From a virus (taxonomy: Duplodnaviria; Caudoviricetes), in the IMG/VR virus record IMGVR_UViG_3300037756_000111, positions 1-53,690 of that record: DNA of 53,690 nucleotides; one strand, 5' to 3'. The notes under the pieces were generated by a model. That model saw only the letters and a list, made by a program, of their open reading frames with translations, was not told where the DNA came from and ran no database searches. Below are positions 36,384 through 47,002 of the stretch, in pieces (the stretch's first letter is position 1; each line of letters opens with the position of its first letter). A program made the position numbers and the translations under genes.

Positions 36384-39300
36384 CAGAAACCACCCAACGT
36401 AAGGCTGGAAGCTCCGGGCGCGTACCGTCCAGCAGTAGAGGTGACGGAACCACCGAGAGAAGAGGCAAGCGCCTCCACCAACGCTTCCACATCGGTAGCA
36501 TCTCTCACATCAATGGTGATATCCATCTGTCTGTTGTCCTGATAGGTCACGCCCAATTGATCAGCGGCCAGCGCCCTTCTTACTTCGAAGAGAGTGGGAA
36601 GCCGAATAGCAGTAGGCACGTTAAACGCAAGCTCGCCTATATCGTCGGTAAGTCCGTCAATCAGAGACTGAATCTCCAGGAAGATCTCCTTGCCCTGCTG
36701 CGTGGTGGTATCCACCTGACCCAAAAGACTCCGAAGCGCGGACAGATAGGCTCCGGTTCCAATAGCCCCAGTCTCCGACAGGAACCTCAGGTTGAACAAC
36801 TCGGTTGAGAAGAAAGACCGTTCGGCAGCCATCTCGCCACGCGCCTGCTCCAAGAGGAGTTGTGCTTTCTCGAGATCGCCCAGGTCAGGAGCCTGCAATT
36901 TCTCGGCAAGGAGCTGGAGGTCGAGGATCGCCTGCTCGAAATCATTGGAAAGATCGGACCCCAGGCGACGATTCATATCGTCGAGCGACAAGAGAGCCTG
37001 AGCCAACTGGTTCTTGAGGTTAGCCAAGGCGGCCTTGGCTCTATTGAATTCAGATGAGAGCGTTCCAAAGATAGAAGCCGCGGCTTCTATCTCGGCGATG
37101 GCAACAGTGATTTGACCCTTGAGAGACAATATTTCATTAGTAGCCCCAGCCTGAGCCTCCACAAACGCCGACATCCGAGCAATCTCTTCTTGCAATACCT
37201 GGGCCAGAAGTTCACGAAGCTGCACCTGAAGCTCCAGCGCTTCCAGAGGATCGTCTTCTGCCGCCAGGGCCAAGCGCACCGCCTTAATCTGACCCGCCAA
37301 CTGATTCATCTTGTCGTTAATGGGGCCCCTCAACCGCGCCGTAGCGATAGCTGTCCGTTGAGCCTCGTCTAAAAGACGATCGGTAACAGCATCTTTAGCA
37401 TCTTCCCACGCCTGCCTAGCAGCATGAAACTCTTCGTAACTGCCACCCTCGGCAATGATGTTTTCCAACTCCGCCAGCAAAGCATCAATCAAAGCTTCCT
37501 GAGCCTTGAACCATTCGGCGCTAGTCCTAGCACCACCCACATGTATCTGGGCAACGGCTGTTGCCGCGGCCCGCGTCGCATCAGCAATTGCCCGAACAGT
37601 CTTGGTGATCTCAATTTGCTTTAAGGCAATATCGTTGAAATTAGTCTTTTCAATTTGCAACAATTCACGCTGCAAAATGTCAAGTTCAGCACGCAATCTT
37701 GCTACCTCAGACGGAAGCTGTTGCGCCGCGGCACGGTCAACATCAAGTACCGAGATTTCATGCTGGACAATCTGGAGAAGAATCTGCTCGGCCAGGGTGA
37801 TGGCCTCCTGAGCGGCCTCCTCGTCCTTGCCAAACTGAGCCGCAGCACGAGCCCGAAGATCCCTTTCGATCTCTCTCAACCGTTCAACAAATTCCGCATT
37901 TCCAATACGACCGACACTGAACTCGCGTTGTGCACGTGAAATTTCGTTGGAAGCCGAATTAACAGTGCCCTCTAGGTTCTGAACACTCCCCTCAAGGGTG
38001 CTCATGTATTCTTCCCAGTCCGCAACCAAAACATCAAGAGCCGATTGAGCATTGGCAACAGAAATATCGTCGGTGGCAAGCTGAATCTCCCGCACCAACA
38101 AATTGGCGTTACGCAAGAAAACCGCTGCCTGATCATTGGGCTTCGTTGCATCCAATCCGCCAGCAAATGGGTCCAAATCAATCAATCCAGGCAAGCCATT
38201 GCTGCCTGGTGAAGTAAGGCCCGTTCCAGTGATTGACGCCCGTGCTCCCGCGGCAATGGCCTGACCAATCAACTCAGCAACAGTGGCAGCGAGAACAGCC
38301 CTTGTCTGCTCACGTTCCAATGCTGCTTGAAACTCCGGCGTACCCGGCACCAGCTGTTTGATGATGTCGCCAGCCAAATCTTCTCTCTGGCCCGTCCTGT
38401 CTCCCAATAGTTCGGCTCGTTGCTGATCGGACAGCTCTCCACCCTGGTTCTTCGCAACCAGATCAGCCAAATCCTGTTGACCCTGATTGGCGGCCGCGGT
38501 TGCGGCAACGATACCCAGCGTTAAGCGCTCGAAGAACGAATCAAGCTCTGCATTCTGTTGCTGCAAAGCAATGAGGGTCAACTCAGCGACCCGGCGGTTG
38601 AAGCTCTCTGGAGTGGCGAGCGCCCTCGGATCCTCCAGCCTCTCTCGACGGGCTTGCGCCGTCGCCGAGAGCTGAGCATTGGTGAATCCCTTAGAAGCCT
38701 TAGCAGCCGCGTCCACGGCATTCTGGAAGTTGATGGCAGCACCAGCCAAGAGACCTACGGCGAGTGCCCCTGCGCTAGCTGCCACACCAAAGGCACCCAT
38801 AGACAAACCGGTTCTAGCTATCCCCGCTTCGAGCGCCAACGCCGCAGGCATCAGCCTCCCGTTAAACGCGAACGCCAATTTGTTAAGACCCGTATTGAGT
38901 GTGTTGCCCACGCTGGCAGAGAGGGCACTGAAAGTCATCTTGATCAACGCCCCGGTTGCCTGGAAGAGCGCACCGGTCATGGCAACCAACCCAATCCGGT
39001 GTCCCTTGGCAGAAGACGCCAATTCTTTGAAGATAGTGCCCAGCTTGGTCGCACCAGTACTCACAGAGGCAGCGAGAGCACCTTCTTTCCCACCAGCGAT
39101 AGCCGCAACCTTGCCCAGTCCAAACGTGCTGACCGAAGCAATCAAACCAGCAAGACGCGTAAGGCTCGACCTGGCAATCGTGAAGGTCAGGGCCCCCTTC
39201 AAAACGTCACCGATAATCCCCGCCTCCGCGATGATTTTGGTCAAAGTCTCCAGGAAAGAGTTGGCCCCCTGCAGCAATTCATCGAACGCGGCAACCGCGA

Positions 39301-41662
39301 GCTGCAAAGGGGTCAACAAACCAAGCTGCGTAAAGTTCTGAGCAAGGCGCTCAAATCCCGTACCAATAGAAGAGAGTCTCTCAGAAATGGTCCTGGACAA
39401 CACCGTGAACCGCTGTTCAGCTGCACCGGCAGCACCGGTAAGTGCACCAACCATGGCTTCCTGAAGGTCAGTGGTATTGAACAAGGCAGCCACTACATCA
39501 AGCTCACGACGCTGACCGATGACATTCAACACCTTGAAAGCGGTCTGCGGATCAACCTGTTCAAGATTTCGGAATTGCTCAACCAGGGCACTCAGTGCCT
39601 TTTCGCCAGTCTCAAAATCTTGGAACGTCAGGGTTAGATTCGAACTAGCCGCGGCGAGATCGAGCAACTGATCCCGGATGCCCGGCTCCACCAATTGGCC
39701 CAGGGAGCGGTTCACGCTGTCCGCCACAGACGAACCAGTCAGACCAAGTTCACGTGAAATTGACGCAACGATGGCAGCGGTCTGCTCCATCGAGAATCCC
39801 ATCTTGGCAAAAGTCGGAGCCAGACGAGACACGCCCTCAAGCGTGTCTTCCACCTCGACGCCAAACCTTTGCTGAAGAAGCGTTGCTACATCGAGCGCCT
39901 TCCCGTAATTGAGTACAGCGGTGGCTTCGCGCTGCATAAGCTTCTCACCAATGGACGCTCCATCCGCCACAAACAACGAAGCAGCCGCAAAGTTTTCAGC
40001 AACAGACGACAAAGCACGGAGGGCTTCGGCCTGGTCAATCGTAGAAATCTTGGTGGCCAGCAACTGAGCACGGAGAGCCTTGAGCGCATCACTGGCATCT
40101 CCAAAACGAGACACCATCGAGAACGCTGCCTTGTTCGCCTCAGTCGGAAGAACGTTGAACTCATCTGCAAGTTGAAGAACTTCGATTCTGATCTCATTCA
40201 GCTGTTGACGAAACTCAGTAGTCCCTCGCTCTGCGTCTATATCGAACTCGAACGCCGTCCCGATATCAGCAAACGCGCGCTCGACTTCGATGGCCGTCTC
40301 AATAAATCGACGCGCCAACTGCTGGACACCGAAGATCAACGCGCCCGAGATGGCGAACTGCAGAGTCGCTTGGAATCGCCGACCCATATCATCGAAGGCA
40401 CCAATAAACAAACGCTCTAGTCTCGGCAATGCAGCAAGCTCGCGAGCAGCCACATCAGACAATGATTCGAACCCCTCGATACCCAAAGCGGCAGGATCGA
40501 GTCCCTCCAATCGTTCAGCCTCTAGAAGGGTCTCATTGAATTCCCTCTGAAGTCGGATGCGCTTCTTGGTCCCCTCGGGTTCCACCTGAAGCTGGGCATT
40601 GATCCTGGCCAGCTTCTTTATGGTGTCATCCAACCCCGAAGCGAATCCCTTAAGGCCTTCGTTATTGAGTTTGATCTGCTGTTCGCGTATCCTCTGAAGG
40701 AACTGAGCGTTCCTCTTAAGCGCTTCTTCGGCACCCGAACTCAAACCAGCCAGAACACCCAGACGAGCCTCCGGCTCCTCGAGATTTCCTCTTGCAGTTG
40801 CAGCCTTACGATCTGCCCTTCCCAGATCGTCGAGAAGCTTCTTCTGAAGATCCTGCTGAGCCTTGCGCTCCCGAGTAGATAGGGCAGCCCCCTTAGCCAT
40901 GTCAGACTCGAGAGACTTCAAGCGACTGAGAATGCGCTCGCGCTCTGACAGCGCAGCGTTGAGCTTCTTTTCCTCCTGCTCCCGTACCTTATTGATACGG
41001 TCCCCGGCGCGACCCGTCTGGCGCGTGAGGGCTTGTTCGAGAGCCACCTGGTTCTGCTGCGCGGCCTGCGCTGCTTCTCTAAGGAGCTGCGCTCTGCGCT
41101 CGAGTATCTGACCCTCAACGTCTCCCGACAACAGACGAGCAGTGCGCTGCTTAATGAACTGCTCTTGTGTGGCCAGGGAAATAATCTTCTGCGCCTGTTC
41201 AGCATGCTGAACCATGAATCTGGCGATTTCCTGCTCGCCTTCGGTACTCAAAGTATTGAGTTTGGTGCGCTGGCGAATCAGTTCCGCCAACGTCTCCTTC
41301 GCTTGCTTATCAACATCGCCCGCAGTAATCCGCTTCTGCGTTCCTTCTGGATCGACCAAGAATCCCTCGGCCGGACTCAGACGCTCTCGTCCAATGGTCT
41401 TAGCACCAGGCTTGAATTTCGCCTGCACTCGCTCCAGAAGTTCCAAGTTGTTGGTAAGGAGCTGGATATCCCTCATCGTCGCGCGGGCGGCGGTGGACAT
41501 TTCCTTAGCCCGCTTAGCAAACGAATCGGATTGAGCGCCCTCACCAATTTTCAGAAGCTCGGCAGAAATCAATTTGAACTGCTTGATGATCGCATTGGTT
41601 GCTTGAACAACCTGCTGATATCGAGCAGTAAAATTGATCAGAACTTCATTGCCTGGTGGCAC
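36383..41662 (-). CDS. Tape measure protein
   Basis: 1759 aa, helical and Ala/Leu-rich, canonical position. Confidence 0.92.
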   Translation of the reverse strand: MPPGNEVLINFTARYQQVVQATNAIIKQFKLISAELLKIGEGAQSDSFAKRAKEMSTAARATMRDIQLLTNNLELLERVQAKFKPGAKTIGRERLSPAEGFLVDPEGTQKRITAGDVDKQAKETLAELIRQRTKLNTLSTEGEQEIARFMVQHAEQAQKIISLATQEQFIKQRTARLLSGDVEGQILERRAQLLREAAQAAQQNQVALEQALTRQTGRAGDRINKVREQEEKKLNAALSERERILSRLKSLESDMAKGAALSTRERKAQQDLQKKLLDDLGRADRKAATARGNLEEPEARLGVLAGLSSGAEEALKRNAQFLQRIREQQIKLNNEGLKGFASGLDDTIKKLARINAQLQVEPEGTKKRIRLQREFNETLLEAERLEGLDPAALGIEGFESLSDVAARELAALPRLERLFIGAFDDMGRRFQATLQFAISGALIFGVQQLARRFIETAIEVERAFADIGTAFEFDIDAERGTTEFRQQLNEIRIEVLQLADEFNVLPTEANKAAFSMVSRFGDASDALKALRAQLLATKISTIDQAEALRALSSVAENFAAASLFVADGASIGEKLMQREATAVLNYGKALDVATLLQQRFGVEVEDTLEGVSRLAPTFAKMGFSMEQTAAIVASISRELGLTGSSVADSVNRSLGQLVEPGIRDQLLDLAAASSNLTLTFQDFETGEKALSALVEQFRNLEQVDPQTAFKVLNVIGQRRELDVVAALFNTTDLQEAMVGALTGAAGAAEQRFTVLSRTISERLSSIGTGFERLAQNFTQLGLLTPLQLAVAAFDELLQGANSFLETLTKIIAEAGIIGDVLKGALTFTIARSSLTRLAGLIASVSTFGLGKVAAIAGGKEGALAASVSTGATKLGTIFKELASSAKGHRIGLVAMTGALFQATGALIKMTFSALSASVGNTLNTGLNKLAFAFNGRLMPAALALEAGIARTGLSMGAFGVAASAGALAVGLLAGAAINFQNAVDAAAKASKGFTNAQLSATAQARRERLEDPRALATPESFNRRVAELTLIALQQQNAELDSFFERLTLGIVAATAAANQGQQDLADLVAKNQGGELSDQQRAELLGDRTGQREDLAGDIIKQLVPGTPEFQAALEREQTRAVLAATVAELIGQAIAAGARASITGTGLTSPGSNGLPGLIDLDPFAGGLDATKPNDQAAVFLRNANLLVREIQLATDDISVANAQSALDVLVADWEEYMSTLEGSVQNLEGTVNSASNEISRAQREFSVGRIGNAEFVERLREIERDLRARAAAQFGKDEEAAQEAITLAEQILLQIVQHEISVLDVDRAAAQQLPSEVARLRAELDILQRELLQIEKTNFNDIALKQIEITKTVRAIADATRAAATAVAQIHVGGARTSAEWFKAQEALIDALLAELENIIAEGGSYEEFHAARQAWEDAKDAVTDRLLDEAQRTAIATARLRGPINDKMNQLAGQIKAVRLALAAEDDPLEALELQVQLRELLAQVLQEEIARMSAFVEAQAGATNEILSLKGQITVAIAEIEAAASIFGTLSSEFNRAKAALANLKNQLAQALLSLDDMNRRLGSDLSNDFEQAILDLQLLAEKLQAPDLGDLEKAQLLLEQARGEMAAERSFFSTELFNLRFLSETGAIGTGAYLSALRSLLGQVDTTTQQGKEIFLEIQSLIDGLTDDIGELAFNVPTAIRLPTLFEVRRALAADQLGVTYQDNRQMDITIDVRDATDVEALVEALASSLGGSVTSTAGRYAPGASSLTLGGF

Positions 41663-41667
41663 GCTGC

Positions 41668-42027
41668 TTATCCCTTTGGTCTGTAACGTGCGGCATATTC
41701 ATTTTCGGACATTGGAGCATCGTCCGCGTCTGAATAGGAACTACGCGACCGACTGCCACTGCCGCGTTTCCCTTCCCGCTCTTTCCTTACGTCTTCAAAC
41801 CATTCGTCTAGCAGCTTCTCCGACCACCATATGTGGCGTGGAGGTTGCTCATCCCGTGGCAAGTTCTCATGCCAGGATATCACCATCAGCGCCATGTTTA
41901 TGGCGAATAGGAGCAAATAGGGAGCTTCGCTTACTCCGTCTGGGAAGAAGGACTCGAATCCACCGCCGGTTCCTCTAACTGCCCGGACAAGTCCGAGGAA
42001 TTCTCCGGAGTGGACGAGGCTTTTAGG
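41668..42027 (-). CDS. Tail assembly chaperone -1 frameshift extension (gpT-like)
   Basis: -1 frame open from CCTAAAA (42027-42021) to 41668. Confidence 0.7.
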   Translation of the reverse strand, partial: PKSLVHSGEFLGLVRAVRGTGGGFESFFPDGVSEAPYLLLFAINMALMVISWHENLPRDEQPPRHIWWSEKLLDEWFEDVRKEREGKRGSGSRSRSSYSDADDAPMSENEYAARYRPKG

Positions 42028-42827
42028 TCGCCACCTATCCGAGAAACCTCCCGGTATTTGTCCCTGATCTGGGTCTGGACATAATCGGGAAGCTCAGCGA
42101 TTTCCCCCGGGTCGCGGAAGTAAAACCTCTTACGGTCATTCGGGTACCGACAAGCAAAGAATGTCAGCCAGGTGCTGTATTCTTCGAGCCAGGCGGAACG
42201 AGTGAGAAGGTCGACCATCTTCTTCCAAATTTCAGCGCGAAGTTCTTCGTCTGAACGATTCTTCAACTTCAGTGCCTCAGCCCTACGAAGCTCACCAAGC
42301 CGATCATCTACCTCAGCCTGGAACTGGTCGTACACCGCCTGCAGACGAGCCATCTCGGGGTCGTCCTCATGAGGCAATCCCTCGGCTTTCAGTTCCTCGC
42401 CTCGATCAAAGGTCGCCTGAAGGACGTTCAAGTAGTCAAGCCCCGGCTCGCCGGTTTTCTTGTCTTCGGCTTCCCAGTTGGAACCGGACTCCCCGTACAG
42501 AACTTCGTTGTAGGCCCTCTCGCGAAGCTCGCTGTCGTCAGTCGAAAGAAGGAATTCCTCCATATCGGCACGAGCCTCTACCTGATCCATGTCGGCCGTT
42601 AGGGCCGCATAGTCGTCACTGTTCTTATCCTTCAATGCTTGGCGTAAACGAGCCTGCTTGGCTCCAGCCTTGCGGATAGCCTCTTGCTGATTGTCTGACG
42701 ACGGAACCCTCATCCACATGGCGACAGAGGCAATGGTGCCATCTGGCTGGGGGACCTTGAGCGATACTTCTTCGCCAATCCGAAACAGATCGCGAAGATG
42801 TGGTTGGGCTTTCTCTGCCACTGTCAT
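41931..42827 (-). CDS. Tail assembly chaperone (gpG-like)
   Basis: Between the major tail and tape measure genes. Confidence 0.8.
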   Translation of the reverse strand: MTVAEKAQPHLRDLFRIGEEVSLKVPQPDGTIASVAMWMRVPSSDNQQEAIRKAGAKQARLRQALKDKNSDDYAALTADMDQVEARADMEEFLLSTDDSELRERAYNEVLYGESGSNWEAEDKKTGEPGLDYLNVLQATFDRGEELKAEGLPHEDDPEMARLQAVYDQFQAEVDDRLGELRRAEALKLKNRSDEELRAEIWKKMVDLLTRSAWLEEYSTWLTFFACRYPNDRKRFYFRDPGEIAELPDYVQTQIRDKYREVSRIGGDLKASSTPENSSDLSGQLEEPAVDSSPSSQTE

Positions 42828-42834
42828 CCTTTCG

Positions 42835-42856
42835 TTCCTTCAGGTGAACATTAACA
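42835..42856 (-). repeat. 22-nt repeat TGTTAATGTTCACCTGAAGGAA, copy 1
   Basis: Identical to 46912-46933. Confidence 0.85.
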
Positions 42857-42880
42857 GAAGGCCGCCCCGAAGGACGGCCT
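42853..42880 (-). terminator. Intrinsic terminator after the major tail gene
   Basis: AGGCCGTCC-TTCG-GGGCGGCCT followed by TCTGTT. Confidence 0.7.
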
Positions 42881-42986
42881 GTCTGCGCCACTACCCGTTC
42901 TCCAACGGAGTTCTATCAAACCCGCTTGGCAAACCAGAGAATCAATAATACCAAGAGGATCACAATGAGAATGGTTTCAATACCCA

Positions 42987-44204
42987 TCAGGCTGGGTCGC
43001 CAGTCCAAATCGTCAGCACGCCGGTCGAAGACGTGAAGGGGAAGTCGACCTCAAGCTTCTGACCCACGTTCCCCTGGATCTGAGGCACTGTGAACTTGGC
43101 AGCATCAACCACCAGAGTCTTCAGCGTGTCACCCGTCTCCGGATCAGAGATCTTGATCTCTACATCCAACTCGGGCGGATCCTGAGTAGCGTTAGCCACA
43201 TCAGTGCCCGAGACCCCCGCAATGGCCTGCACCTGTGCAAACAGAGCAGCCACATCAGAAGGCTTCATCGTGACCGAACCTGATACCTCCGGCACGTCGA
43301 AGTCCTGAGCAACCACCTGTGCATTGCCGAACTCTTCGTCTCGTTCCAGGGTGACCCGCCAGTCAACCGAAGCCGACTGCACGCCAAGCCATCCAGACCA
43401 AACCGGAGTAGCTGCACCGTCTGACAGGCGGATGTGAATATCACGTCCGCGAACAGCAGCGGGCTTGGTCGGGTCGTGGACCGTCTGCAGATACTCATCG
43501 GCGTCACCAGAGGCGTAAACCACCTTGATGTTGTCGGTACCAGCAGGAGGAATGGAACCAGCCTCGAACGTGATTCCAGTGGCATCATTTGTGTAATCGG
43601 TGCCGAGACGCATGCGCTCCCACTGGGTGCCGTTATGCACCATGACCGAAAGACCGAAGTAGGTGTCGCCACCAATATCCGATGAGAAGGCGGGGCCATT
43701 GACGAAGGCGAAAGCGGTCGTAGCTCCGTTGCCGTCAAACTTGTCTTCCCACACCGCACCAGGCGCATAGAAGATGGAGTCACCTCTCAGGGTGACGGTG
43801 ACCGAAGTCGGGTCCGTCAGCGAGAAGGCGTAACTCACCGACTCAAGGGTCAGGAACGGGATGATGATACCGCCCACAATGGTGAACAGATTCGATGCCT
43901 TGTAGGGGCTGAGAATGTTGATCGGAACAGCTTCCGTCAATGCAAGACTGGTGTTGACCGTCTCAGTTCCATCACCACCGGTCAGCAAAGATTCGATCTC
44001 GGTAGTCGAGTCATTGGACTCGATCTCAAAGGTAAGGTCAGGAATGTCCCGGACGGTACCGATGGCCTCATAGTTACCAAGTTCCTCGAGGCGCTCCTCA
44101 TTCACATTGATGCCAGTAACCCCAGCTGTTTGGATCCGGTCCACGACAAAATTAGCCGCTGGGCCGCCCACAACGTGGAGGATTTGGCCTCCCTTAATTG
44201 CCAT
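42987..44204 (-). CDS. Major tail (tube) protein
   Basis: AAGGAG RBS, 405 aa acidic and beta-rich, position, downstream terminator. Confidence 0.85.
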   Translation of the reverse strand: MAIKGGQILHVVGGPAANFVVDRIQTAGVTGINVNEERLEELGNYEAIGTVRDIPDLTFEIESNDSTTEIESLLTGGDGTETVNTSLALTEAVPINILSPYKASNLFTIVGGIIIPFLTLESVSYAFSLTDPTSVTVTLRGDSIFYAPGAVWEDKFDGNGATTAFAFVNGPAFSSDIGGDTYFGLSVMVHNGTQWERMRLGTDYTNDATGITFEAGSIPPAGTDNIKVVYASGDADEYLQTVHDPTKPAAVRGRDIHIRLSDGAATPVWSGWLGVQSASVDWRVTLERDEEFGNAQVVAQDFDVPEVSGSVTMKPSDVAALFAQVQAIAGVSGTDVANATQDPPELDVEIKISDPETGDTLKTLVVDAAKFTVPQIQGNVGQKLEVDFPFTSSTGVLTIWTGDPA

Positions 44205-44271
44205 GAACTACTCCTTAAAGGTCAGTCGTCACTGATGCTACCACGAAAACCTTCGCATGAAGGTTCTCTTT

Positions 44272-45030
44272 TCACCTATATGCCTCGGTTGGAATCCGCT
44301 CATATTCCTTCTTGGCTTCCACCACCATCTCATCTAAAGCCCTAGTCAAAAAGAATTTCCCAAACTGACCCTGGGGATCAACCCTCTTCTTTTTGAAAGC
44401 ATTCTTCCGACGCTGCTTCGTCTTGAATAGCTGGTAATAGGTGGCCCCACTTGCCACGGCCGGTCCCTTGAGGATTACCAGCTGCGCAACTGCTGGGTTA
44501 GGCGAAGTAAACCCGAACCGCTGAGGCAACATAGCCTTCCCTCGGGACCCATAACGACCGATCAAATCAGAAGCTATCGCAGGAATCGATACCCCCGCCT
44601 GAGGAGACCCAAGCCTTGGTCCAAGACCAAACTCCAAAACTCTCCAAATCCCCTTGGTCTTTCGGTCTGCCACCGCCACATCTGGATAGCCAAACCCCAC
44701 CACATTATTCTCGGCAAAGGTGCGACCCACAAAGGCACCCCCCTGGCCAAAGGTAAACTTCTGAGTCTGACGGTTGCGATCGTCCTGGCCCTGGCCGCTC
44801 TCCCCTGGGCGAAGAATCGACGACCGCAGATTATGTTTGGCTCGAGTCGAGATACTCCCAATCAGTCGCGTGTTGGCGGCTTTCAGAGATTCATCAATCT
44901 TGTGAACAGCCCTCTCGAATTTCACAAGAACATCAGTGTTCATACCCGCCGACAACAGACCCGTATCCTTAAACCCGACCTTAAGATTGGGCGGCTTATC
45001 GAGACCTTTGGGGCCGCCTTTCTTAGCCAC
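44272..45030 (-). CDS. Basic neck/tail-completion protein
   Basis: WRVLEFG...FFLTRA pattern reminiscent of HK97 gp10-like proteins. Confidence 0.6.
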   Translation of the reverse strand: MAKKGGPKGLDKPPNLKVGFKDTGLLSAGMNTDVLVKFERAVHKIDESLKAANTRLIGSISTRAKHNLRSSILRPGESGQGQDDRNRQTQKFTFGQGGAFVGRTFAENNVVGFGYPDVAVADRKTKGIWRVLEFGLGPRLGSPQAGVSIPAIASDLIGRYGSRGKAMLPQRFGFTSPNPAVAQLVILKGPAVASGATYYQLFKTKQRRKNAFKKKRVDPQGQFGKFFLTRALDEMVVEAKKEYERIPTEAYR

Positions 45031-45298
45031 TGATTTTCTCCAGCGCCTGGTGAATGTCATCGAGCTTCTGGACCCAGATATCGTTGATCAGGTCCTGGTC
45101 AGACTTCACAATGTCGATGGCCAAATCTTTGAATGAGTTGACAGCATTGACCACCACCTGACGCAACTTACGCTGGTCTTCGGTAGAAATGTTTGGGTAT
45201 CTTTCGTAAAGGGTATCTTCTAAGAACCCCATGATTGTGGCCGTACATCTGTTACCACGGGTGGCAATCAGTTGGGCCGGAAAGCTTTCTCTAGCCAT
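45023..45298 (-). CDS. Hypothetical protein
   Basis: Coupled ORF in the neck region. Confidence 0.65.
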   Translation of the reverse strand: MARESFPAQLIATRGNRCTATIMGFLEDTLYERYPNISTEDQRKLRQVVVNAVNSFKDLAIDIVKSDQDLINDIWVQKLDDIHQALEKISG

Positions 45299-45821
45299 TA
45301 GGACGATCATCCCTCAAGATAAATGAGACCATCAGCCAGTGCTTCATCCACGGGTTGGTGGCTCGGGCGGGCCGGTCCTTAGAAACCGATTCCTCTTCGA
45401 GAATCGCGTAGAAATCCACTGCGGGAGTCGCGATGGAATAATCCGTAATAGGAATAACAGGATTCTCGTTAATCCAGGCGTAGATATCACCCATGACATG
45501 CCGCATGAGGGCGTCGCTGGCGGCGAAGAAGTCGATATAGATTGGGGAATAGTGTGTCTCTCCATTTGAACCCAACTCCAACATATCCTGAAACGAGTCA
45601 CCCGCCGAGAAGGCCATTGTATTAATGGGAACCTCCACATTCTCCGGGTCAGACGGGTACTCGTCTATCACCCTGATGCGATCATATGAGTCTTGAAGAG
45701 GGTTTACCTCAGTCCCATCCGGTTCCATAATCGCCCAGTTCAAAGTCTCCAGGCGGTTCATAACCTGACGCAGAACATTGTCAAGGATCATCCGATCCCG
45801 CAGGCCGCCAGTAAGGGGCAT
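45291..45821 (-). CDS. Tail terminator-like protein
   Basis: Position; IYIDFFA motif. Confidence 0.65.
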   Translation of the reverse strand: MPLTGGLRDRMILDNVLRQVMNRLETLNWAIMEPDGTEVNPLQDSYDRIRVIDEYPSDPENVEVPINTMAFSAGDSFQDMLELGSNGETHYSPIYIDFFAASDALMRHVMGDIYAWINENPVIPITDYSIATPAVDFYAILEEESVSKDRPARATNPWMKHWLMVSFILRDDRPNG

Positions 45822-46297
45822 CAGGCCACCGCATCCGCGCTCAAGTGCACCTGGTACACCGTCATGTCCCCCAGCCCATAGGAGGGCCGCCAGAAGCGAA
45901 AGAAGAACCTTGTGTCCCCCGGCCCTGCCGTTGCATAGCTAGCCCCATTCACTTCAGCAAACTCCTCTTCGAACAACGTCACCACCAGAGAGGTCGGGTT
46001 GAAGTCACCCACCTCAGTCGGGAAAGCTCCCTGCCTACCCAATGGAGAGAAGAATTCAAAAGCACAGACGGGTTGCACCGGGGCCGGTTGTGCAGACGAC
46101 TCCGGTGCAACCGTCCAGTCCCAGGGGTTCCCTTCGGCATCATGCGCAGCCCACTCCACATCAAACTTGAAGTAGAAGGTGGGCTTTTCGGCGTCCTCAA
46201 CCGGCAGGCCCATTACCATGACCTGCCGCAAGGTCTCCCGGAGAGTATCAACCGGGATGACTGCTATCGAATCGAAGCCCCCATGAGATTCGGCCAT
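45821..46297 (-). CDS. Head-closure/head-tail protein
   Basis: Position and size. Confidence 0.6.
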   Translation of the reverse strand: MAESHGGFDSIAVIPVDTLRETLRQVMVMGLPVEDAEKPTFYFKFDVEWAAHDAEGNPWDWTVAPESSAQPAPVQPVCAFEFFSPLGRQGAFPTEVGDFNPTSLVVTLFEEEFAEVNGASYATAGPGDTRFFFRFWRPSYGLGDMTVYQVHLSADAVA

Positions 46298-46300
46298 AGA

Positions 46301-46858
46301 TCAACCACTGCCTACCTTGACTCCTTCAGGAACGGAGAACCCTCCCGGACTCACCCGCGTAGGCCTGTCTTCTGGTTCGGGGCGAGTGATGATCTCTCTG
46401 TCACCTCGAGCAGCGGACGGGTTCAACTCGCTCATCCGATTCCGGATAGCTTTCACGTCCGAATCCTTGGAGTCACCCTCCGCCACGAAGATTTCCAACA
46501 TTCGCTGAAGAGTGACTGGGGACTCGATGGAGGTCAGGTAATTCACCAGATTCTCCTCGCCATGAGTGACCTCGTTATAGATCGACTCAATCTGGGCATC
46601 CGTCAACGAGTTCGGCGATGCAATCTCATCAGGGTCAGTCTCCGTGGCGGCCTTCTTCAACACAAAGGTGCCATTACGAAACAGGTCTAGCTCGGGGATC
46701 GACGCCTCCTGATTCAACTGACGCTCCTGGGTAGTCAGAGTAAACACACCATTGCCCCTCACAACCTTGGTCGTCTCGCGACCCTGGATATCGAAACACT
46801 TGTACCACTTGAGTCCGAGACTGGTATTTCTCCAGGTCTCGTGCTTGGGATCCGCCAT
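46301..46858 (-). CDS. Hypothetical protein after the capsid gene
   Basis: AAGGAG RBS. Confidence 0.7.
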   Translation of the reverse strand: MADPKHETWRNTSLGLKWYKCFDIQGRETTKVVRGNGVFTLTTQERQLNQEASIPELDLFRNGTFVLKKAATETDPDEIASPNSLTDAQIESIYNEVTHGEENLVNYLTSIESPVTLQRMLEIFVAEGDSKDSDVKAIRNRMSELNPSAARGDREIITRPEPEDRPTRVSPGGFSVPEGVKVGSG

Positions 46859-46911
46859 TCTTTCTCTCCTTGATCGAAGTGCTAATGAGTCTCATAACTC
46901 TCATTAGCTCA

Positions 46912-46933
46912 TTCCTTCAGGTGAACATTAACA
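46912..46933 (-). repeat. 22-nt repeat, copy 2
   Basis: Identical to 42835-42856. Confidence 0.85.
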
Positions 46934-46952
46934 CCACAGTCACCCATGATGC

Positions 46953-46979
46953 AGGAAAGCCGCCGGTTAAGGCGGCCCT
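46953..46979 (-). terminator. Intrinsic terminator after the capsid gene
   Basis: GCCGCC-TTAACC-GGCGGC followed by TTTCCT. Confidence 0.6.
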
Positions 46980-47002
46980 CCGTCATTACAGATCCTTACA
47001 GA

